Shown here piece after piece: positions 46,846 through 59,402 of a stretch of 64,000 nucleotides of DNA. Origin of the DNA: Sporopachydermia quercuum (taxonomy: Eukaryota). Below the pieces are notes generated by a model. The model made no database searches and was not told the origin of the DNA. It was given only the letters and a program-made list of their open reading frames with translations. Made by a program: the position numbers and the translations under genes. Positions within the stretch are counted from its first letter, which is position 1; the number at the start of each line of letters is the position of its first letter. The stretch covers positions 384,433 to 448,432 of the forward strand of contig BCGN01000007.1 in NCBI GenBank assembly GCA_001599295.1, written 5' to 3'.

Positions 46846-49149
46846 ATGGAAATTGATTGATCTTTTTGTCCTGGTTGTCTTTTGGTTGTCAGAGATGTGC
46901 TGTTAGAGTATGAATAATAGTGTGGAGTGGTTTCTCTTCAGAGTGTGTTTTGTTCCTGTTGTTTATAATTAGTGGTAGAATGATGATGATGTCGCTGATT
47001 GACTGCAAAACGGATATTCATATTTGTTGTTTCTAATTGATATGCAGAGATGATAGCGTTCTATGAGTAATGCTGAATTATAACTACTAGCTGTGTTGCA
47101 TTTATTTCTAATATACAACTATTGATTTTGATTGTCTTAATAAACTGAATAGTTGATGGCAATGCAATGAGAGTACATGTTTGAAACCGTGATGGTATTT
47201 ATTAGCTGTCCATGTGTAAAGGTCTCATTCATCTCTCATATGCTCAGCTACTTAGAAATATTTGATTGCGTTCTTTTATCTAACCGAGCATCGATACATT
47301 GATTTACCATTAGGAAAGCATTTTCCTTTGTATCTGATAGAATGTTTTGATCAACATGTTTCGGCCATCACTCCTTCCTTTCTTACTGTTATATCTTTTT
47401 ACAACAGTCTGGCGTGAGATTAATCATCTGCAAAAAGATTATTGTGAGGTTTGATGATGGATGGTTGTTTATTGACAATGNGAATGCAATAGCACGGCAA
47501 CAATGTTGATGTTCATCACGTTGATGATGTTCATTTCAATTCCGTTCGTCTCTCATCGCTCTTGAAGGTAATCATATCACAAACTGGTTTAGGCGATGAA
47601 ATCAAGTTTCAGCACAATCGAACTGTACGGTCAATAGCTAGTCAATCAGTTGTAGGCTGACATATGGATATGGATATGGATATGGTATTCTACATAACTT
47701 TATGGCATTTTATTGTATTGTCTATACAATGGCAGAACAGAGATAACCATTAATACCGTCAGAAAAGTTAGAGCGTTTGATTTGATGATAATGAAAGATA
47801 AGCTCGATTCGAATTACTAGCATCTATTGCTGTCAATAATGATATTATNAACTAGATAACTACCTTGTTTTTATTATTGTATTTGGCCAAGCTATATTAC
47901 CTTCGAGTTGATGTTGTTAAGCATTTAAAATGAAATTCCAATAGATATTACTACACTCATAATTATAATCCTTATGATGAAAATTATAGTACATCCCGGG
48001 ACATTCATCAAAGCATTCCTTGAACTGAGGTGTCTTCAAACGCAGGAACATATTTTAAAATGAGNGAATAGGAATCAGGATTGATAGCGACGTTTTCGTT
48101 CCAAGATAGAGCTGTCGATAGGGGCGTTGATGTCTAAGAAATAAAAAATAAGAATCAAGGATTAAGGATCAAGGATTAAGGAATATGAATTTGAATCAGA
48201 AGCAGGAAACAGGAAACAGGAAACAGGAATATAAAAAAAAAAACGAATCCGAGTATCCTGGTGTTCTTATTGGTGACCTGGGTTAGGTGTTGATCNGTTT
48301 ATGGCATTTATGGCATTTTGTTAGAGTAGCCAACAGTTGGAACTTTTGCAATTCTCTGTTACTACTGTTCATTACTACAGAGATTTGATAGAATAGAAAT
48401 AATCAATATATAATGTAATTCTTATTAGTAAAATAGTAACATTAGGACTGCCAATGTTATTTTATTCCGGTACATGTTATTCGATTAATAATGCCGTTGG
48501 AAGACGAGATTGTCCTGTTATTTGCTTTCAGTACTGTCCGTTCCATTCCGTTTTCCGAGCTTTCTTGGTTAAATGTGGCTATCTAAACATTAAACTTGGA
48601 TGTTAGCCACATTTGACTACGAGAGCTACTTGACTACCAACCAACTTAGTTATGCGGGTTACCCAATTGGGAAATTGCAATAGTATTTAGACATTTTCGG
48701 CTGAAGTGGGTCCGATTACTCTAGTTCCGACATTTTCGTCTCTTACTCCTACGGTAGACTCTAACTCTTTGTAGCCATTTCAGCCATTTCAGTCGGTCTC
48801 AGCCACACTTTATCCCTACAATTCACAAACTATTCCCGATTCATACACCTAAAACAAAACTCTATTCATAATTTAACCATATCCATAAACCCTAAAAACA
48901 TATAACCATTTCTATCCGCATTGTATCTGTATATAAACATAAAAAAAGCATAACTGTGTAAAGCCGCTTTCAATATCTTCCGTTCCCTGATCCCATTGGT
49001 AGCTCAGCTAAGCAAAATCATATAATCATTCCTAAATTAAGCGAATTTTCTTCCTATTTAGACAATCAAATCGCCACACTTGTTCATATTCCAAAATACA
49101 CCTAACTTTAAATCATTAACTTTCGTTGTCTTTCTATCTCTAATTTAAC

Positions 49150-50265
49150 CTAATTCCCATCCGGTTGCCAATCTAGCCCCATTCGGGCATAAAGGTGGCT
49201 TTGTACCCGAGCCCACACAGCTTGTTTTTCCTCTTTGGTCAATGCTGACCCAATCTTAGCTTTATTCTCCTGTAGTACACCACACTCCCGCTTATAATCC
49301 ACCCGGCACTGCGCCTCACATGCCAAATTTAGTAGATAATTCTCAATTATATTTCTCCATTCGGGTTTAGTTAAGAGCATACTACCCCGAAGTCCCACGG
49401 CTCTTCCACTTGAAATGTACCGAACTCTTGCCGTAGCTACTGTGTGCCGAGCCGTCTGATACCGGAAATCGTTACTAGGAAAATGCTCTCGGTAGATATT
49501 GGAATCTAATAAAGCGGAAATTATCTCGGCGTCGGAAGCATCCAGGGGTAAAACTGTAATATGGAATCCCGAAGAAGGTTTGAAAATGATTGGAAGCATG
49601 CCGTTCCATTCCGGAAGTAACGACGGTACTATCAGTAAAGACCGAATATCATTTAACTGCCAATCAATTAAATCTCGGTTCGTGAAAGCAGGCCGACCTT
49701 GAGGTGTAATTGGTGTAGAGGCAAATACATCCGCCGTGTACATATCAGAATAAACTCTAGGAAGTGCTTCTTCCAAAGTCAATAGTGTAGGCGAGGTCCC
49801 AGAACTCGCCGAAACGGCCGAAACGGCCGAAACTGCGGATCCTACTGAAGAAACCGAGCGGGTAGAGAAAATAGAATCCTGGGCGGTTGAAACTGTGGAA
49901 AATGTGGACAAAGAAGAAACCGGAATGAGATCTTCCATCATTTCGTAATCTGTGCCGACATTTTTATTGCTGTTCGTTATCTCTGTCTCTGCTTCTGTCT
50001 CTGTTTCTGTTGCCGATAACGCAAGCGGACTTCTCCCATGTCGAGAGTAAACGGTTTGAGACTTTAGTACCGCATAGGGAAGCCGGAACCCGGAGCTTTT
50101 ACTTTTCTTCCGTAGAAACCTCATCCCTCCAGCGCTTCCCGTCCCATTTGTCTGTGGCTCTTCTTGAATAGCCTGTAATTGTGTATGAACCTGTTGCCTG
50201 GCCTTTTGCACAAACTCCTTCGGCACATCCGAAGGCCCCCCGCGACCATACGGAGATATAAACAT
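49150..50265 (-). CDS. STD1: Glucose-signalling co-repressor of the Std1/Mth1 family
   Basis: MFISP start, TLEEALP, GRPAFT.RDLIDWQLNDIRSLLIV, KPEWRNIIENYLLNLACEAQCR and LTKEEK..W..RMGLDWQPD. Co-ortholog of STD1 and MTH1. Confidence 0.92.
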   Translation of the reverse strand: MFISPYGRGGPSDVPKEFVQKARQQVHTQLQAIQEEPQTNGTGSAGGMRFLRKKSKSSGFRLPYAVLKSQTVYSRHGRSPLALSATETETEAETEITNSNKNVGTDYEMMEDLIPVSSLSTFSTVSTAQDSIFSTRSVSSVGSAVSAVSAVSASSGTSPTLLTLEEALPRVYSDMYTADVFASTPITPQGRPAFTNRDLIDWQLNDIRSLLIVPSLLPEWNGMLPIIFKPSSGFHITVLPLDASDAEIISALLDSNIYREHFPSNDFRYQTARHTVATARVRYISSGRAVGLRGSMLLTKPEWRNIIENYLLNLACEAQCRVDYKRECGVLQENKAKIGSALTKEEKQAVWARVQSHLYARMGLDWQPDGN

Positions 50266-51051
50266 TGTTTTCTATGNACCGATAAATTCCTATGCAGATC
50301 CTCCGTGATGTCGGTTTATCCGCGTTTTATATGCTATTTGCTTTCCTGTTGTTGTTATGGAGTTGTTAGAATGCAATGTGGAACGACTTATTATGTAGAT
50401 TTGATAGAATAACTCATAGTTGCGCGTTGATGATAATTAAGTTGAATTTTAGTAGTTGTTTAAAAGGAAAGTGCGATGAAAGAGTACAAAATAGAGTAAA
50501 AATANTGAAATCACAGGAAATGAAAGGAGATGAATGGCAATAAAGGCTTTTTAATAAAGAACACAGATGATTGCTGGAGAGAAAGCGAAAGACATGTGAA
50601 AGAGACCCTTTAACCAGTGAGGAGGAGAAGGAAAATCTCAAGGGTCTAGATAAAGTTTTGTGGGCCGTATGATTGTGTTAAGGTTACGGTTAAGATTTGA
50701 TAATTATATAGTTAAGGTTTAATATAGGATCTGAGGTTTAATTTAGGCTAAAACTAAACCTTAAGTAATATGGATATGGGTGTATAGTTGGTTTAAGAGC
50801 ATTTGTCGCAACAATGAAATGGTAAAGGATGTGACAGACCCTTGTAAGTAGATCGATTTAATGGATGATTTATCGCGAATGATGGTAATAGACATAAATG
50901 GTAGGAATTACAAGGGAAGTAATTTTTTTCGTCTGAACAATCAGAAAACCATATCATGGCAACAACTGGCTAGAATAGAACCTAGTCAGTACTGAGGCTC
51001 GCATTTAACAGTAATATGATTAGAAATAGAGATTTTATAGAGGTGTCAGTA

Positions 51052-51540
51052 CGGATAAGTGAAGTGTCAACGTTAGGTGTGTAAATATATCAGATAAGAA
51101 TAAATAGTAAACGAAACAATTAGTCCTTTATATAAATATACATGTTTATTGTATTCTATTCGATTCTTATTAGATATTCAATTCAATTTAACAACTGATC
51201 ATCTTTCATTATCGTCCTCTTTCTATTAAAGGAAGAAATCGGAAAAAATATACAATTTGGTTATTCCATACTAAATTACACTTGGACCAAGGATTAATTA
51301 TTTCTACGGAACAATGAAAAGGGTCTGAAACTTGGCTTATTACAAAGACTTATGATCCATGAGTGACTATTTTTAGCTGGCAGTGCTTTATAGCGAATTA
51401 ATGAACGAGACTTATGCAATTATGGAACCGGAAGAAATTAGTAATATAGTGAAAGCTGGATTCGAATACATGGATGGCGATTTGCTCAACGGATTAATAT
51501 TGGGATCCTGTAAATGGAACATAAGTAAGTATTCGGATCA
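51052..51540. promoter_or_regulatory. Six CGGANNA (Rgt1-type) sites upstream of STD1/MTH1
   Basis: CGGATAA 51052, CGGAAAA 51240, CGGAACA 51307, CGGAAGA 51429, CGGATTA 51490 and CGGATCA 51534, all on the + strand in AT-rich DNA. Confidence 0.6.
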
Positions 51541-54482
51541 TTTCTAAGTAGTCATTGAAAAGTGCTTGTTTGTAGTAAGAATAAGTCGTCACATGACGTT
51601 TGGTGAGCATTGCAATTGAAATATTAATTGAATTTTAGTGATAAGCATTATGACTGTTTTCTATGTTTTCTATCAACATATTGATCTGCACAAATATTAA
51701 TACCTACGTCTAGCTTGACGTTAACTTTCTGGAAGGACAGTTCTCTGAACGGTATTTCTGAAGAGTAAGTTACTCTACAATTCTCACAAGGAAATGTTTT
51801 GTATAGGACTCCAGATCTCTCAGATTGATATCAGATCTTCATTCACCTGTTAGGTCGTTTTTCACTGTTATATTTTGAGTTTATATCATTTACCCTAACT
51901 AGTGATCTGAAACCTATTTTCATGTTTCTATGGACATTTGTTTCATAATAGTAATGTAAAAGTACACCTTTTGATGTGCTTTTTTAATCAACTCTACCCT
52001 AATTTAGGTTTGTGACTTCACTTCAAACGTCTCGTTTGCTATGGATTTTCAGGTCACTTGATAGAAACACTTGTTAGGACATGCCATGAGAAGAAATACC
52101 CTCGCTAATTGATGATATAATTTTACTCCACCCTTTTTTTATATAGCTATTAGAGCCTCAAAACCTCTATATTCAGTACATTACACTACAAACCTTCAGT
52201 GCATACAGCTCACCTGATTAAATTTCCAATTGCGTCTTGGCTGAAAGGCATTTTATAGTTCCCCAGGTTTTTCAATTCACCGAACACCTGGATTAAGGAA
52301 AGCAAACATTGAAGAAAGGATAATCTGGGTAAAGTTGTGGGGTGCGAACTACCTGAATGAACAGCCACTTGTTAGGAAACTCGAATGAAAAAAGTTAATC
52401 CGGAGACGTAAAGATTAAGGTTCGAACAAGATTTCACTAACCTTTCGGAAAATTATTATTTCTCCGAGATTTTCCTGAAATTGGCAACATCTAAACTTTA
52501 ATTTAATATCGTTCTAATCTCAGTCCCTAATGAAATGTCTTAATGTTGAAAGGAAANGAACGATAATACATATTCGGGTATATGACGATCCATATGAATA
52601 AGTAAGTGTAAATAAAATGTAGACTGTGGAGATGAACAACATTATTGATATAGGATTATCATTTGTATACGAAGAGGTCATACAAGCCTGTACTTGAATT
52701 AACTATCCTTTGGAATGTGGACTACTGATTAACTCTAAGAGCAAACAATCTGATTCCAATAGTTGATATTATCACAGCTGAATGGCTGTATACGTCCGTT
52801 GTTCATAATAATATTAATCTAACTAGCTTTATTGTCTTTCCAATTGAGTTGCTTAAGCAAAAAAGTAAAAATCAATTGCAAACTTTTATAATGTAGACGA
52901 GATAATCTTTTCATTCTATTAAAGTTTGTCTTCCAAGATTAAGAGTTTTTCCGAACTGAACTGAAAATGCTGCAAATCAGGACAAAAGACGGTTCCATTC
53001 GAAAACTCTATCTGATGAAAATATCCAGCCGGAGCTACGAGAACGTCTAGGGAAAGAGAAAAGGCGTATTGAATAATGCTTGGCTGTATGAAATACGTCA
53101 GAAAGTCTGGTGGTATAAGGAAGGTAAGCAATACTACATAAAAGGTATGTAGCGCACACACGTACGCACACACTCATGATAGCGCTGATTAGCACCACTT
53201 AGTGCCAAAAGTCTTTTTGTCTCTCTTACTATTCATGAATCGTTGATACTCATTATGTAAGAATAACAAAACCTCTGACTTCTAATTGGATTATCCTATT
53301 CAAACTNAAGTGAACCTCTTAGTTAGCCTGAAATGGTAACTTTGCAGCTAAAAAAGAGGTCCCTATCATATTTGAGTTCGGTCTTCTCTTCCCAGGCGAT
53401 GATTAATGAACAAACTTAGACGTTTCATTACACAATGAAACAGAAGGCGAATCCCCGTTAAGTACGCAGTTATTTAGCAGAAAATTTAGGATACACAGTA
53501 TCATCTAGATAAAGAATAGATTATTGTTAATGGCTTCCCGTAAATCCAAACTTATGCATGCAGCCGATTCAGTGAATAAGTATATATGGCAAGTATTCCA
53601 AATGAAGCCAAGTGAAGACAAATAAGATTTTAACTCAATCACACAGGTATAGATTTCCGATCGGTTAATTAATAAAGCGGTAACAAAAACAGTTCGAGAC
53701 AAATGTGGAGATACTATAAAGGATTTGGAATGAACTGGAGGAAACAAATGTCAGAAATATTGATCGAAGACGGATGCCGATCAAGAAGAAAGGAAGCTGC
53801 GAGACCCTTTTCTTTAATTTCCACTGTGTTCATTTCGACTAATCAAATTGTCTCTGATGGTCTCAATTCTATTGGTTGCTGGTATATAATGTTCATTATA
53901 GATGCTTCAATGATGAATGAATACATTGCATATTTTACTAAGTGTTGCTTTAGCATAAAGGAGATAGACTTCCAGACGTAATACTTCAACAAGTTCTTTT
54001 AACAATTGACATTAGTTTCTTGTGCTGACTCTGATATCAGAAATTATTGACAAATGATCATATGTTTCATGCTTACCTATCAGGATTTTGTTGTTCTGTT
54101 ATTCTTCAATACAGCTCCTCTTTTCTCATTTTATTTCCCCGTACTCAGTTTCACTCATCGCTCGGGTTAATTATGAGTGAGAAATCAAGGTTTAACTAGT
54201 TCCGGGTTAATTTGCATCAAATGCCGAAAAACATTTCCGAAAGAAAAACTACCAATAGAAGATAATCCGGTGAAGTACAGGGCCGGAATATTGTGATTGA
54301 TATTGATACTTCAATAATCCGATAAATACGTTTAAGTGGGATGATAGGAATAAGAAAAAAATAGTAATAATCTGAAAATGTGATTCCTCATAACTTGTTT
54401 GGAGAGAAACATAATTCCAAGAACCGAAAGTGACTTTATCAAAAAAAAAAAAAATTTAAATAAATAAATAATGGAAAAAAAG

Positions 54483-54576
54483 TGCTTCGTGGGAGGATCG
54501 AACTCTCGACCTTCAGATCACACAGCTTAGTTTATACAGTATGAGACTGACGCTCTACCGACTGAGCCAACGAAGC
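54483..54576 (-). tRNA. Elongator tRNA-Met(CAU) with a 21-nt intron (54539-54519)
   Basis: Minus strand GCTTCGT TGGCTCAGTCGGTAGAGCG TCAGT CT CAT A [intron] A TCTGA AGGTC GAGAG TTCGATC CTCCC ACGAAGC A gives a 73-nt mature cloverleaf with the intron at position 37/38, followed by a T6 terminator. Confidence 0.95.
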
Positions 54577-57500
54577 AATTTTTCGGAGTTTGAAAATTTG
54601 GAAACTCAGTTTGTATCTTTCTACTGAATAGAGATTATTGACTGTTCTATGCTGGTGTATTAGAATTATATAAAAAGGTATATTCTTTCTTCATCATTGA
54701 ACTGAACTTCCTATGTGATCTCGTGAATTCTTCACAATAATGGTTTCCACTCAAATGGGAATCCTGTGATGGCAAACAGGGTTTATTTGTTGACGTCCAT
54801 CGGTCGTTAGAAGAACATCCACTCTTTTACAACGTTTCATGTAACGTATCTTTCTAGAGGTATCAGATTGGAAATACTTGATGCTTCCTCTGATGATTTG
54901 AATCTCGTATTCTGTTCCTGAATAATTCGAAAAAGGATTGGTTTATATATATACTTAAAGCCCTTTTGGTACTCAGTAGCAGACATTGAGCTATAACCAT
55001 CCAGCATTGGTAATTACAATTGATGTCGACGTAACTATTAGTGATCAAAAGCTCGTTTGATAGAATGGTCTTAATCAGAAAACAGCAGCTTCATTAGTGT
55101 CTCGGTGAATTGGATTATTAGCATTGAGCAATTTATTTGAGAATCCATTCAAAGCACCAAAGGGAAAGTTGACAAATATTATCTTAGTGCATTGATGTCA
55201 TATTGGTTCAGTTCAGCTTACTACTTCACATTATCGCCAAGATCTTTGATTTATGTGGGTTCTGTGCCGGCTTTGATTGAATTGATAAATCGATAAAAGC
55301 TTGTGGTGAAAGAATGAAAGCGTTATTGAAAGTACTATAAGAAAAATGTTAGTAGTTAATGATTTTCTACTTTTCAAGAGTAGATGGGATTTACTATTAT
55401 CATCTTAAGTATTCATAAACGAGATGGATGAAGCAATTAATGCTAATGTGATCTTATGGTGTATTCATTCAGCAAATACACTAGCCTGCTTATTTTGGAG
55501 AATCGCAGGATTATCTATAAATACCGGAGTCTACTGTAATATATTGATTTATATGAAATCATATCGTATTATTATTGAAAGTTTGATTGAATAAATGACT
55601 TNATAGATGTGTTGATATTCCCATATAATGGCATGTACTTGCTAGTTATTCTATGAATTCAGTTCAAACAAAAAATAATAGGATGAATAGAAAGAATGAA
55701 ATGATCCTCAGTCCAGAAGCTAAATATGAAATGGAACAGAAATATGATTATGATTTTGATTATGAATTAAAATACGTTTTGCTTGCTTTTACTTTTTCAT
55801 AGAAAGTCAATAATAGCATTTTAGCATTTTCGTTATCAGCTATAGCTCAAACTAGCGGAATTAGTACGTCTCTCTCATTATAACATCCTTATAAATATTC
55901 TCAGAAAGAACCAATGTTATCTCCGACGGAACAGTATGAAGAAAGTATTCTTACTATTTGAGTTTGGCAAATAGTTAGAAATTTGACTATTTGTATTATT
56001 GGTCTCATAAGTTGACTTCTTACATTCAGCACTAATTGTTAGAACTTCTTATTCACATATATGTGAAAGCATTTAACTATAAGTGTTCTAAATCTATGAT
56101 TTGATTCGTTTGCAACAATAAAAGAGGACAACGACTGGATTTATTATTGGTATTTATTATTGTCAGTTCAGTATTTCTTATCTCTTCATTGTTCATGTCC
56201 AATATGAATATTTGTTGTTGGATTATTTGCTAGCTCCAAAACTTGTTGAACTTCTGTCCCAGCAAGTAGCTATAAACTATTGGTGAGAGCCTGGTAGACA
56301 GTAAGATTGCTCGAATAACCAGGTGTGTAGAAAATACGGGAAGACTAATATTTATGATGATGAGACTAGCAAAAGAATGGTAAATGAATATTAATAATAC
56401 TGATATTGATAGTAGTAAAGATGTTCTTTACCTTTAGCAATCAGGTTATAGGTTTACTATTTAGAGATGATATATTATTTCTTATGTTATTATCATTACT
56501 TTGACATTGTTGGCGGACCAAGAAAAGATAAAAAGAAAGAAGTCACTTTGTTAAAACCATGATACTAATACAGCAGAATAAATTATCAAATTCGCTATTT
56601 CCACTAGTAAGAACTGTTGTTCAGCCTTGTCCTCAGAAGGTCCCCGACGGTTTGCTTTTATGAGCTCCAGCAGCCAAGTTGGAGTAAACTTGCATAGAAA
56701 AAACTGTTCTTATGTAAGAAAGATAGTTATCCGTTATTGAATTAATCAGTGAATTAGTTGTTCTGTATCTGTCCAAATTGTCATGGATAGAAGAAGACAA
56801 TCTCCACAGATGTGGTCTTCCAATGGTTCCACTAAAACGCAAGAAAGCAGTCATCTCCAGCATTAAAAATCAAATCCGATTTATTGTAAATAGTTTCCAG
56901 CAGATTACTAAGAACTTGTACACATAGTAATATTTCCCTAAATATCGCCCTTCTTTCAGTCAACTCTCCACCCGGTTATTCACCGACTTGGGCTTTGTTT
57001 AACAAAAGTTTTCATTCTTTCGCAATTTGTTTCTCACATTTATGTATGCTGAATGTTTTCCTCTCCAATTAGCAACACAGAGGATTCGCAGAGAGATAGG
57101 TAAAAGCTTAGTTTATCGTTCGAATGAACTGTGATATATTTGCTTTTGAAACAATCGTTGTTTGGCTGTAAGAAATAAATCAAAATAGTAAGNCACTGGA
57201 TTGTTTTACAGTCAAGAAGAAGACGATATTTCAGTAGGTATATTTCAGAATAAAACACAATACGGTCAAAATTACTTGAATTCTCTAGAAATCAACAAGA
57301 GTACTTCAATTGAAGTTATTGGTTCCTTTCTTTTACTACTGACAGCAGTATTGGATTTATTCCGATCCATAGATAATGCTGTTGATGGTCACGCTTACTA
57401 TAGTTATTTCATTTACAATATTTGCTTTTCTTTTGCGTTGCTTATTCCTGTTTTTTTATCTCCACCAGTTCGTGATTTCCTTGCTTCTTACCAGACAGCA

Positions 57501-57827
57501 AGTTTCCTGTATCCTGAAATAACGAAAAGAACACGTAAGCCTCTTTAACTGTTTACTCGACTTGTTTTACTGCATTCGTTACTACTNTCAACCACAAATA
57601 AAGTAGTTTCTGTATTTGTATGCTCCTTTGCGTAAGCACTTCGTAGCTCACGACTCGATATCCATTTCAAATGATTGAATAAAATACAGTTATCTACTTC
57701 CAAGAACTGTCAATATAGCAAAACAGTCAATTCAAAACATATAANATTCATTACATTAAAATAGAAATTAATAATAGAAATTTACTACCAGTAAGACATT
57801 CCTATTTGATAAATAGTCATTAATTAT

Positions 57828-59402
57828 TTAAGCATTTGATGCTGTTTCAACCTGGTCAACTGACTCCTTGATTTTAGTTAAACTTTCAGTTGTGGTCTCT
57901 TTGTTGGATTCAACAGAACCTCTGAAATGCATATTATGACTTCTTTCGAATTCAGCCAATTCCTTTCCACCATGAAATCTTTCTGCAAAATACATATCCA
58001 AATCTTCCAAGGTCTTGCCCTTGGTTTCAGGGAAGAACCATAAAATGGGAACAAAGGAAGCATTGAAAATACCCAGGATAATGTAATATTTCCAGCTAAT
58101 GTTTTGAAGAGCAGTAGGTGTGATCTGGACAATAAGGAAATTGAACATCCAGTAGAAAACATTAGCCAAACCCATACCGTGAGATCTTCCCTTCAAAGGT
58201 TGGATTTCAGCAGGATACATCCAAGAGGGACCTAACCATGTAGCAGAGAAGATAGCGAAGTAGATGTAAATGAATGAAACGATAGCAATTCCGTAAGCCT
58301 TAGAATTTGGTTCGCCGACTTCAGGTAAGTTAGCAAAACAACCTGCAACAATGAAGAAACAAACAGCCTGCATACCAGCCCCAGCAATCAAAATTGGAAT
58401 TCTACCTAACCTATCAATGAATAGAACTGGGAACCAAGCAAAACTCCACGAGATAACTGAAGTCAAGCCAGCAATCCAAAGAGAGTCAGATCTAGAAGTA
58501 CCGATGAAAGTGGTTAGCAGGGTAGGAACATAGTAGGTAATTGAATTGACACCAGAAAGCTGTTGGAAAGCAGAAATAGCACAAGCCATGCCGACTCTCT
58601 TACCACTTTGGCCAGGATTGGGTTTGAATAGTGAGACAAACCATTCCCAAGATTCAACATCCTCTAATAAAGCAATTTCTTCCATTTCTCTTAAGGTCTT
58701 CGTAACATGAGGATCATCTTCAGTAGTGCCAGCGGGAGCAAGTCTGATAAGTGACCTTTTAGCATCGTCAATTCTGTTCCTGCCAACATACCATCTAGGA
58801 GATTCTGGAATAATGAAAACAACAGCTATGGTAACGGCCAAGAAAACAATTTGGAATAATAGTGGGAAGATAAATGCAGTTTTCGTAGTGTTACTACCAA
58901 AACCATAATTAATCCATTGAGAAAGGAATAAACCGGTTGCACATAATAATAGCTGAATAGCCATCAAACGACCTCTAATTCTGGCTTCAGCAGTTTCGGC
59001 TTGATAAATACCAATAGTAGAAGTTAGTTGGCCAACTCCTAAACCAGCAACAATTCTTCCAACTAGCAGTTGAGCAACAGTTTTAGCAGTGGCTTGCAAA
59101 ATAGCTCCAATAATCGTAATAACACTTCCCATGAAAATTGTTCTTCTTCTACCCAAAATTGTACCTAAGAAAATACAAGAAATACCACCAAAAGCTCCCC
59201 CGACATCGAAAATTGCATTAATGAGACCCAATAAATCAGAATCGGGATGGTTGAAGGTTTCCAGAAAATATTCTGAAGTTTGCACACCAGAGAAGACACC
59301 CTGATCGTAACCGAAAAGAAGGAAACCTGAACAACAACAGACGGTAATCCAAACTTGAAGGTGTGTGCCGTGCACATTTGTTAAAGGATTGCTGATAGCC
59401 AT
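57828..59402 (-). CDS. MFS sugar-porter family transporter (STL1-like)
   Basis: LFGYDQGV, GRR, GRIVAGLGVG, YQAE..RG, PESPRW, QQLSGVN.ITYY, DRLGR and PETKGKTLE motifs. The substrate cannot be determined. Confidence 0.92.
   Translation of the reverse strand: MAISNPLTNVHGTHLQVWITVCCCSGFLLFGYDQGVFSGVQTSEYFLETFNHPDSDLLGLINAIFDVGGAFGGISCIFLGTILGRRRTIFMGSVITIIGAILQATAKTVAQLLVGRIVAGLGVGQLTSTIGIYQAETAEARIRGRLMAIQLLLCATGLFLSQWINYGFGSNTTKTAFIFPLLFQIVFLAVTIAVVFIIPESPRWYVGRNRIDDAKRSLIRLAPAGTTEDDPHVTKTLREMEEIALLEDVESWEWFVSLFKPNPGQSGKRVGMACAISAFQQLSGVNSITYYVPTLLTTFIGTSRSDSLWIAGLTSVISWSFAWFPVLFIDRLGRIPILIAGAGMQAVCFFIVAGCFANLPEVGEPNSKAYGIAIVSFIYIYFAIFSATWLGPSWMYPAEIQPLKGRSHGMGLANVFYWMFNFLIVQITPTALQNISWKYYIILGIFNASFVPILWFFPETKGKTLEDLDMYFAERFHGGKELAEFERSHNMHFRGSVESNKETTTESLTKIKESVDQVETASNA

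Noticed and set aside
56633..57548. Short ORFs or a pseudogene downstream of the sugar porter
   Set aside because: Fragmented frames with no motif I can recognise.
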